64,000 nt of DNA. It comes from Verrucomicrobiota bacterium (GTDB taxonomy: Bacteria; Verrucomicrobiota; Verrucomicrobiia; Limisphaerales; JANNEF01). Positions 56,078-63,493 of this stretch are shown in pieces. The number at the start of each line of letters is the position of its first letter. Position 1 is the first letter of the stretch. The notes under the pieces were generated by a model, which was given only the letters and a program-made list of their open reading frames with translations, was not told the origin of the DNA and did not search any database. The translations under genes and the position numbers were made by a program. Location: NCBI GenBank assembly GCA_031378375.1, contig JANNEF010000342.1:4156-68155 (forward strand), written 5' to 3'.

Positions 56078-57043
56078 GTGAGCAACCGCGCTCCCATCCT
56101 CGTCACCGGCGGTGCCGGCTTCATCGGCTCGCACTTGGTGGAACGCCTGCTGGCCGACGGCGAGCCGGTCGTCATCATCGACGACTTTTCCACGGGCCGG
56201 TTGGAAAATCTGCGCCCGGTGGAAACGCATCCGGACCTGCGTGTCATTCAGAGCACCGTCTCTGCCTGTGGCGACTTGCGTCGGTTGGTGGCGGAGGCAA
56301 AAGCCATTTTCCATCTGGCGGCAGCCGTGGGCGTGGAACTGGTTGTGAATTCACCGGTGCGCACGCTGCAAACCAACCTGCACGAGACGGAGTTCATCCT
56401 GGAAGCGGCCAGCGGGGCGGGCGTGCCGGTGTTGCTGACGTCCACCTCCGAAGTTTATGGCAAGAGCCAGAAGCCCGCGTTTGCCGAAACCGATGATTTG
56501 CTGATTGGCTCGCCGCAGTTTGGCCGCTGGAGCTACGCCTGCTCAAAGTTGATGGACGAGTTTCTCGCCCTGGCTTACTCGCAGGAGCGGGGCCTGCCGG
56601 TGATCATCGCGCGCCTCTTTAATACGGTCGGACCTCGGCAGACGGGCCGTTACGGCATGGTGCTGCCGCGCTTTATCGCCGCCGCCCGCGCGGACCAGCC
56701 GTTGCGCGTGTTTGGCGACGGACACCAGACGCGGTGCTTCTGCGACGTCAACGACACCGTGGAAGCCTTGGTGCGACTGCAGAAGGATACCGCCGCGCGC
56801 GGACAAATTTTCAACGTCGGCAGCACCGAGGAGATCAGCATCCGCGAACTGGCGGAACTGGTCATCGCCGTAATGGGATCGAAGTCCACGATTGACCTGG
56901 TCTCCTACCACGAAGCCTACGCGCCCGGATTTGAAGACATGCTCCGACGACGCCCGGTGATTGAAAAGCTCGCCGCGACCACCGGCTTTCGCCCGGCGAC
57001 ACCGCTGCGAACTATCATCGAACGAACGGCCCGGACGATCTGA
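56078..57043 (+). CDS. NAD-dependent nucleotide-sugar epimerase/dehydratase (SDR)
   Basis: 'ILVTGGAGFIGSHL', 'YACSK' (YxxxK). An in-frame GTG at 56078 avoids overlapping the upstream gene (track start 56009). Confidence 0.85.
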   Translation: MSNRAPILVTGGAGFIGSHLVERLLADGEPVVIIDDFSTGRLENLRPVETHPDLRVIQSTVSACGDLRRLVAEAKAIFHLAAAVGVELVVNSPVRTLQTNLHETEFILEAASGAGVPVLLTSTSEVYGKSQKPAFAETDDLLIGSPQFGRWSYACSKLMDEFLALAYSQERGLPVIIARLFNTVGPRQTGRYGMVLPRFIAAARADQPLRVFGDGHQTRCFCDVNDTVEALVRLQKDTAARGQIFNVGSTEEISIRELAELVIAVMGSKSTIDLVSYHEAYAPGFEDMLRRRPVIEKLAATTGFRPATPLRTIIERTARTI

Positions 57044-57090
57044 ACCACGAGCGCGAGACCACCTGTGATTCGGACGGAGAAATATAAACG

Positions 57091-59373
57091 ATGAAGATGC
57101 GAGGTTTTCATCGCGTGCTCGTGATGTTGTGCGCAGTCACATGTGCCGCTACGGCGGACACGTTCAACACGGCTTACATCGCGGAATTCCTCACGGAGAA
57201 CAAGGGCGGCTTGCCGGACGAGGATGGCGAGCATCACGGATGGATTGAGATCCACAACGGCGGCAATGCGACGCTGAATCTCGCCGGGTGGTTCCTCACG
57301 GACACCCGCAGCAACCTGACGAAGTGGGCGTTTCCCAATGTGGCGTTGCTGGCGGACAAGCAGATGGTGGTGTTCGCCTCGGGAAAGAATCGCGCGAACA
57401 TTCTCGCGCCGTTGCACACGAGCTTTCTCCTCGCGAAGGAGGGCGGCTATCTCGCGCTTGTGAATCGCGCGACGAATGTCGTGTCGGAGTTCGCGCCATC
57501 CTATCCGGCGCAGACGGCGGATGTGTCGTTCGGCAGCGTGCGCGGGGAGCCGAGGCTGCGCGGGGTGTTCCCCCGCCCCACGCCGGGCAAGGCCAACGCC
57601 AGCAGCGGGCCGGGCTTCGCGCCGGAGGTGAACTTCTCGCGCGCGGGCGGGAACTTCACGGAGCCGTTCGCGGTGGAACTCTCCTGCCGCACGAACGGCG
57701 CGGTCATTCGCTACACGCTCGACGGCACGTTGCCCGTGAGCACGTCGATGATTTACTCCGTAGCGCTTCACATCACGAACACCACGCAGCTTCGCGCGCG
57801 CGCCTTCAAGGAGGGATTGCTGCCCGGGCCGCCGCACAGCGAGGCTTACCTGAACCTGTTCACGAACGTGCTGGAGTTCACCTCCACGCTGCCGCTGCTG
57901 GTGATGGACACGTTCGGCCGAGACCTGCCGGTGTCGGACAGCCGGGCGTTCGTGCATCTGTCGCTGCACGAGCCGGTGAACGGAAAGGCGTCGCTCACGA
58001 ACGCGCCGACGCTGACGACGCGCGCGGGTTATCGTGTGCGCGGCTCGACCTCTGCGGGGATGCCGCAGCAGGGCTTCGCGATGGAGTTCGTGGATGAGTT
58101 CAATCAGGAGAAGAACCTCGCACCGCTGGGACTGCCGGCGGATTCAGACTGGATTCTCTATGCGCCGAACTCCTTCGACCCCGTGATGATTCACAATCCG
58201 TTCGTGCATCAATTGAGCCGCGACCTGGGACACTGGTCGCCGCGCACGCGATTCGTGGAGGTGTTCCTGGTGCGTGGTCCGGGGCGCGTGCGGGACACTT
58301 CTTACCACGGCATCTACGTGCTGGAGGAGAAAATCAAGCTGAGCAAGAGCCGCGTGGACATCGAGCGTGTCGGCGCGGAGGACGTGAAGCCGCCGAAGGT
58401 GACGGGCGGGTATTTGTTCAAGTTCGACCGGCTCGGGCCAAACGAGGGCGGACTGAATGCGGGGGGCGCGGGGATGGTGTACGTGGAGCCGAAGGAGCCG
58501 GCCATCATGGTGCCGCAACGGGCGCCGCAGCGGGAGTATCTGACGAAGTTCTTCACGGACTTTCAACGCGCGCTCGACGGACCGAACTGGAAGGACGCAA
58601 CGAAGGGCTATCGCGCGTTCTTCGACGTGGAGGCGGGAATTGATTTCCACGTCCTCGAAGTGTTGAGCGGCAACGTGGACGCGATCGTGTTGAGCACCTA
58701 CTTCTACAAGCCGCGCAACGGGAAGGTGACGTACGGTCCGCACTGGGACTTCGACCGCGCGCTCGGCTCAACGGATGGGCGCGACGACAATCCGCGCCAA
58801 TGGAACACGGGACCGTTCTTCAGCGGCGCGTGGTGGCCGCGGATGTTCAGCGACGTGGACTTCTGGCAGCAGTGGGTGGATCGCTGGCAGGAGTTGCGAC
58901 GCACGCATTTCTCGGTGACGAATCTGCATGGCCTCGTGGACCGGCTCACGGGCGAATTGCGGGAGGCGCAGCCGCGCGAATACAAACGCTGGGGCTTCCA
59001 ACCGCGCGGCGGCTCGTATCAAGCGGAGATTGATCACATGAAGCGCTGGCTCTCGAGCCGGGTGGATTTCATCGACGGGCAGTTGCTGCAACCACCGCGC
59101 ATCGAAAAGGAAGGTGGAAACGGCGCGCTGCTCACACTCACGGCGGCGACCAACGCGACGATCTACTTCACGCTCGACGGCACGGACCCGCGTCTCGCGC
59201 AGGGAGTCATCTCCTCCAATGCAATCGCCTACAGCGGACCGATTCAACTGAAGGCCGACGCGAAGATCGTGGCCCGCGCTCACAACGCGAAGCAGCGGCA
59301 GTCAGGCGGGCCGCCCGCGTCCACGCCGTGGTCGGGTCCGGTGAAGGCGAACTTCACAGTTGCGGCACCGTAA
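57091..59373 (+). CDS. CotH-family protein kinase-like protein with N-terminal lamin-tail domain and chitobiase-type beta-sandwich modules
   Basis: LTD 'IAEFLTENKGGL..GWIEIHNGGNATLNLAGWFLTD'. CotH core 'DWILYAPNSFDPVMIHN', 'YHGIYVLEEKIK', 'GPHWDFDRALGS'. 'IRYTLDGTLP' and 'IYFTLDGTDP' modules. Confidence 0.8.
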   Translation: MKMRGFHRVLVMLCAVTCAATADTFNTAYIAEFLTENKGGLPDEDGEHHGWIEIHNGGNATLNLAGWFLTDTRSNLTKWAFPNVALLADKQMVVFASGKNRANILAPLHTSFLLAKEGGYLALVNRATNVVSEFAPSYPAQTADVSFGSVRGEPRLRGVFPRPTPGKANASSGPGFAPEVNFSRAGGNFTEPFAVELSCRTNGAVIRYTLDGTLPVSTSMIYSVALHITNTTQLRARAFKEGLLPGPPHSEAYLNLFTNVLEFTSTLPLLVMDTFGRDLPVSDSRAFVHLSLHEPVNGKASLTNAPTLTTRAGYRVRGSTSAGMPQQGFAMEFVDEFNQEKNLAPLGLPADSDWILYAPNSFDPVMIHNPFVHQLSRDLGHWSPRTRFVEVFLVRGPGRVRDTSYHGIYVLEEKIKLSKSRVDIERVGAEDVKPPKVTGGYLFKFDRLGPNEGGLNAGGAGMVYVEPKEPAIMVPQRAPQREYLTKFFTDFQRALDGPNWKDATKGYRAFFDVEAGIDFHVLEVLSGNVDAIVLSTYFYKPRNGKVTYGPHWDFDRALGSTDGRDDNPRQWNTGPFFSGAWWPRMFSDVDFWQQWVDRWQELRRTHFSVTNLHGLVDRLTGELREAQPREYKRWGFQPRGGSYQAEIDHMKRWLSSRVDFIDGQLLQPPRIEKEGGNGALLTLTAATNATIYFTLDGTDPRLAQGVISSNAIAYSGPIQLKADAKIVARAHNAKQRQSGGPPASTPWSGPVKANFTVAAP

Positions 59374-59483
59374 GCGGGCAGCGACCGGTCCGCAGCCGCC
59401 GGCCTGAGCAAACCATTTCACAGGAGAGCGCCGCCGGACAGTCCCCTGCCCTGCACCTTTTCGTTGCGGGACGCGCGCCGCGC

Positions 59484-59704
59484 CTATCGCAGTTCGATCA
59501 CACGGTAGCAGCGTTGCGTGGCCGTGTCTACGATGTCGGCGGTGGTCGCGTAATCTTCCAGCGCCAGCACTTCGGCGGAGGTCAGCGCGCGATCGTAGAG
59601 CAGCGCGTCGTCCAGGCAGCCGGGGAACCAGAAGTTCTGCGCGCGTTGCCGCCGATTTGGAATGCCATCGGGCGCGGCACCTGCCGGATCAATCCGGCGC
59701 TTCG
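59484..59704 (-). pseudogene. Remnant of a LamG-domain gene C-terminus (frame-broken)
   Basis: My hand translation gives 'PMAFQIGGNA' in one frame and 'QNFWFPGCLDDALLYDRALTSAEVLAL...QRCYRVIELR*' in another. Both parallel 'LQIGGDT..YFPGCIDDARLYGCALTAAEVL' and 'RFYRVVALP*' of the giant gene. No start codon. Confidence 0.55.
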
Positions 59705-60712
59705 CTACGCCGCCACCGCGAACGGTCGCTGCACGAACATCGCCGCGCTGCCCGCCTCGTTGCCTGTGGTGAGAATCACATACACCTTCAGCGCGAGATG
59801 CACGCCGGGCTGGTTCAGTCCGAAGGGCGTGATGAATTCCCGCGTCGCGCCCGGCTCGTTGTTGGCGATCACCACCGCATCCTCGTCCGAGTAATCGGTC
59901 CCCACGTTGCCGCGCAGTTGGTAGCCGGCCAGCATCGCGTCGTTCGAAGCGTTGTACACCACCTTCGACTTGTCCGGCGCTTCAAACACCGCACTCGCGT
60001 TCACCGCCTGCGGCGTGTGGCCCGGCAGCGGCGAAAGACGCGGCATCGTGGCCACCAGCGCGGGGAATGTCATCATGTCCCCGGGCACATTCTCGCGATA
60101 CGCCTTCATGACCTCGTAGAGATTCTCCTGGATTTCATCCCGGTCGGCGCGCGCCAGCGTCACATTCTGATCTCTCAAATCCTCGTCGGCGTAATTGAAC
60201 TGCAGCGCCGACAACGCGCTGGCAAACTCACCCTGCGTCATCGGCACGATCTGCAAGTCGGTCGCCGGCAGCACCAGCGGCAGCGTCACCCCGGCCGGCG
60301 CCGGGCCGGCGTTCATCTTCGCCCACAACGTCATCACGCGGCCCATCGGACGCGAGAATTGCTCCTGCCCGTAGCCGATGCCCGGGGCGTACTGGCGGCC
60401 GCGGAAGTAGCGCGTGCGCTGCCAGTTCGCATCCAGCTTCGTGTTGAACTGGTTGAAGCGTTCCAGTAACGCCTCCTTGCCCAGCTCGATCGTGCCGCGG
60501 GCCAGATCAAGCTCCGTCAGCTCGGCCAGCACCACGTTGTTCTGCGCCACCAGCGCGTCGCGCAGACCTGCAAACTGCGCCCGCGTGACGAGCGATCCGT
60601 TCGGCAGCTTGATCCTCAGCGGCGTGCCGACCGGTAGTGCGTTATTGCATTGAAGCCAATGGGATAAATACTCATTGGAAGTTTCGACAAAGAGATAATT
60701 GGGGAGCTGCAT
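59705..60712 (-). CDS. Orphan 335-aa protein with helical N-terminal part and FN3-like C-terminal module
   Basis: ATG at 60712 and no signal peptide. The C-terminal ~95 aa ('VVYNASNDAMLAGYQLRG..HLALKVYVILTTGNEAGSAAMFV') looks like a beta-sandwich. No family recognised. Confidence 0.5.
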   Translation of the reverse strand: MQLPNYLFVETSNEYLSHWLQCNNALPVGTPLRIKLPNGSLVTRAQFAGLRDALVAQNNVVLAELTELDLARGTIELGKEALLERFNQFNTKLDANWQRTRYFRGRQYAPGIGYGQEQFSRPMGRVMTLWAKMNAGPAPAGVTLPLVLPATDLQIVPMTQGEFASALSALQFNYADEDLRDQNVTLARADRDEIQENLYEVMKAYRENVPGDMMTFPALVATMPRLSPLPGHTPQAVNASAVFEAPDKSKVVYNASNDAMLAGYQLRGNVGTDYSDEDAVVIANNEPGATREFITPFGLNQPGVHLALKVYVILTTGNEAGSAAMFVQRPFAVAA

Positions 60713-60989
60713 AGGTGTGGTCTTTCGGGATGGCTCGGTTATTTGCGATGCTGTTACAGGTCGGTTTTATTCAGTGGCCTGCACCGCGCTTTCGCGCCTT
60801 CGGCAAGCCGATTTATACGCACCTGCTAGAGAACCATGATTCATGCCAAAGCCCTTCAGGAAAGATTTACCCGCTGGCCGCCACCTCTACCCGATACATA
60901 ACCCCTTGATAAACGCCCCCCGCCCGCCACCGTTCCCTTTCCCTGACCCGGCACAAACTGTCGGGGCGCCCGACAATTACTTCCCACCA

Positions 60990-61241
60990 TCACACCCGCT
61001 CCACACACTTCGGCCCCTCGTTCCGGGCGTTGCTCACGTAGGGACTCACCTCGCAGCTCGTCATCCGGTCGGCGGGATACGGCGCCAGCATCGCCTTCAA
61101 CGCCGCCACGTCCTTAAACTCCGCATCCAGCCACCGCTCGAAATGTTCCGGCGGCAGGATCACCGGCATCCGGTCATGCACCGCCCGCGCCAGTTCGTTC
61201 GGCTCCGTGGTGATGATGGGGAACGTGCCATACGACTTCGG
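60990..61241 (-). pseudogene. C-terminal fragment of an SRAP/YedK-family (abasic-site processing) gene
   Basis: Hand translation 'SYGTFPIITTEPNELARAVHDRMPVILPPEHFERWLD...MTSCEVSPYVSNARNEGPKC' matches the conserved SRAP C-terminal half. No N-terminal half is contiguous. Confidence 0.7.
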
Positions 61242-61257
61242 TAGGCTTCCGGGATCT

Positions 61258-61294
61258 CCCTCTCCCCATCGGGGAGAGGGTCGGGGGGAGAGGG
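61258..61294. repeat. G/C-rich hairpin plus direct copy (REP/MITE-like)
   Basis: CCCTCTCCCC-ATC-GGGGAGAGGG (perfect 10-bp stem), followed 4 nt later by a second GGGGAGAGGG. Sits exactly where the SRAP similarity stops. Confidence 0.6.
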
Positions 61295-61403
61295 TTCAAC
61301 AACTGGTCTTCCTTGGAAGCTTGATACATTCGCGCCCTTAAGCAAGCAAGGGCTAGCTACAAGACATACCGCCCAACGGGGCGAACGCATTACGACACTA
61401 CTT

Positions 61404-62180
61404 CTAAGTGCCGGGATGATACTGCACAACCGGACGGGCGACGGGAATTGCGATCAGCCACATATTAACCACCTTCGAATTGGAATTCCCGCCGTTGTCG
61501 CCAAATACCGAGATCCTGCCCGAGCTGCCTTGGGGAATACTCACCAACTGGGAGAACGTGACGGTTCCATTAAAGCTTATTACCGCAGTCGGGAATTCGC
61601 CGAGAGGACGATCATCCAGATACAGCGTAACACTAGCGCTGGTGTCTCTGGGGGTTGAACGAATGTGCATCACTCCGGTGAACAGGACATGGTAGTTTCC
61701 TGGCGGTAAGACCTGCGACCTGAGGACCTCTGTCCTGTCGCCGTTGGGGGTAGTCCCCTCTGGTTTATAGTCAACGTATGTGCTGGGCTGGGGGGTATTT
61801 TGAAGTATAGTGATCTGATTCTGCAGTGCCTCGTTCGCCGCCTGACGCGCCGCAGTTTCGGCATTGACCGTGGCTGTGATGTTGGCCTGCAGCGCCGCGT
61901 CCGCCGCCTGGCGCGCCGCACGCTCGTCGTTAATAGCATTGGAAAAACTGGTCTGAAGGTTATTGATGGTGTTCTGAAGCGCCGCGTCCGCCGCCTGACG
62001 AGCGGCCCTCTCCGCAGCCAAATCTGCTCCCAGGCGGCCCACCGCAGCCTCAAGCTCTGTGACCCGCTTCGATACAGCGGGAAGCCCTCCAGCTTGCGAA
62101 GCCCCGTGTACGGCGATCGGAGTGGATAGTGCCAATATTAAGGCTAAGGTTTGAAAGATTGCTTTTTGGGTTGGTATCAT
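61404..62180 (-). CDS. Secreted coiled-coil protein with beta-rich globular C-terminal head (tail-fibre / C1q-TNF-like architecture)
   Basis: Signal peptide 'MIPTQKAIFQTLALILALSTPIAVHG'. Three copies of 'ERAARQAADAALQ / ETAARQAANEALQ'. C-terminal 'GNYHVLFTGVMHIRS..VTLYLDDRPLG..GRISVFGDNGG..MWLIAIPV'. Lower G+C than the flanks. Confidence 0.6.
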   Translation of the reverse strand: MIPTQKAIFQTLALILALSTPIAVHGASQAGGLPAVSKRVTELEAAVGRLGADLAAERAARQAADAALQNTINNLQTSFSNAINDERAARQAADAALQANITATVNAETAARQAANEALQNQITILQNTPQPSTYVDYKPEGTTPNGDRTEVLRSQVLPPGNYHVLFTGVMHIRSTPRDTSASVTLYLDDRPLGEFPTAVISFNGTVTFSQLVSIPQGSSGRISVFGDNGGNSNSKVVNMWLIAIPVARPVVQYHPGT

Positions 62181-62374
62181 GAAGGGTAGGTTCCTCGTTT
62201 CTTTGGTTGGGTGTCAAGCGCGTTGGTTTTTGGTAGTGGCACTGCTTGAATTAATTGTTTTGAATGTGTTGCCGAGCCACGCGCATTTGAGTGACTGTAA
62301 ATAAACGCGGCGTTCAGACAATGGGGTGAACACCCCATCCCGACGCGGCCGTCAAACTGTACCACTACCTGTTT

Positions 62375-62530
62375 TTATGACGGAACTCCACCAAAAGTCC
62401 TCTTCCCTTCCATCCCCAAGGGTAGTCTTGAGCAACCGGAGGAGTATTCCTTCTGAGCAGACGACAAGCCGAAGGCCATGCGCGCTCCGGCTTGCTTTTC
62501 TTCCAACGTCAACGTGTAACGGCCGCACAT
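62375..62530 (-). pseudogene. N-terminal fragment of an SRAP/YedK-family gene
   Basis: ATG at 62530 gives 'MCGRYTLTLEEK...FGL', the hallmark Met-Cys2 SRAP N-terminus. Similarity is lost after ~30 aa and the frame stops at 62375. Confidence 0.55.
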
Positions 62531-62594
62531 CCGCGCCAGCGTAGGCCAGTCGCTTTCCGGTTGCAACCCGCCGCCGCCTGCTTACCCTCCCCGC

Positions 62595-62969
62595 ATGGCA
62601 CGCATCATTGGCGGGAAAAGTCTGACTCCCGCGTCGCCCCCGACGCGCGCCCGCACCACTGGCCGGGTGAAAACCAGCGCCCTTCTCGACACCCGCGTCA
62701 TCTACTGCGGCGACAACCTGGAACAGCTCCAGAAACTGCCCGACGCCTGCGTTGACCTCATCTACATCGCCCCGCCCTTCAACTCCAACCGCAACTACGA
62801 AGTCTTCTGGGGCGAGACCAGGGAGAAGCGCGCCTTCGAGGACCGCCACGCCAGTGCCCAGGCCGACATCGACTACATGCGCCAGCGCTGCGTTGAACTG
62901 GCCCGCGTGCTCAAAAAGACCGGCAGCTTCTATTACCACTGCGACTGGCACGCCTCCCACTACTTTTAG
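62595..62969 (+). pseudogene. Truncated N6/N4 DNA methyltransferase (N-terminal half only, degenerate motif IV)
   Basis: 'IYCGDNLEQLQKLPDACVDLIYIAPPFNSNRNY..ARVLKKTGSFYYHCDWHASHYF*'. Motif IV reads APPF instead of (D/N/S)PP(Y/F). The ORF stops where the family normally continues for more than 100 aa. Confidence 0.65.
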
Positions 62970-62986
62970 CTCATGCGCTGGTTGCC

Positions 62987-63493
62987 TCACCGGGCGCGGG
63001 CGATCTGTTCATACAATACATCCATTATCAGGGAGTGAGCTTTGCGGCCTTTATCGGTTGTTTTGAACAACACCGCTTTGGCGCCTCCTGCTGACTTTGG
63101 ATAGTCGGGATCTGTGGGCTCAAGAATCTTGACGACCTCCAATAATCCTCGCGCTTTTAGTTCATCGATGATTCGTTGTTGCCGTTCGTGGCTGAGTGGC
63201 GGGCGGTACTGGATTTCGTTTCCTGTTTCTCCTCCAACAACCAGAAAGTAGTGAAGCTGTTCTGAGGACAAACCTTTCAGTTCCTTGGGAATCTCTGCGA
63301 TGCCTCTGTCTATTGCTGCCGCTTGCAGTTCGACGTAAAAGCTGCCGTAACCGAGCTTGCTCATGGCAGTGATCGCTTTGAACAAGGGGATACTGAAAAG
63401 TATCAACACGAACAGCACCACCACAGGCCAACTCATGCGGTTGAGAACGAACCCGTAAATGCGCAGCCAAGTCGGGAGTTTAGGAGTCGCCAT
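62987..63493 (-). CDS. Orphan 168-aa single-pass membrane protein with small soluble domain
   Basis: TM 'WPVVVLFVLILFSIPLF', then 'LHYFLVVGGETGNEIQY..IIDELKARGLLEVV..'. Its ATG overlaps the upstream stop (TAATG). About 47% G+C in a hand count of 100 nt at 63001. Confidence 0.55.
   Translation of the reverse strand: MATPKLPTWLRIYGFVLNRMSWPVVVLFVLILFSIPLFKAITAMSKLGYGSFYVELQAAAIDRGIAEIPKELKGLSSEQLHYFLVVGGETGNEIQYRPPLSHERQQRIIDELKARGLLEVVKILEPTDPDYPKSAGGAKAVLFKTTDKGRKAHSLIMDVLYEQIARAR

Noticed and set aside
59484-60712. Programmed TAG read-through or frameshifting joining the 335-aa ORF to the LamG tail
   Set aside because: Only ~60 residues of a ~180-aa LamG fold are present and two separate disruptions are needed. 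Decay is the simpler explanation, though read-level verification is still advisable.
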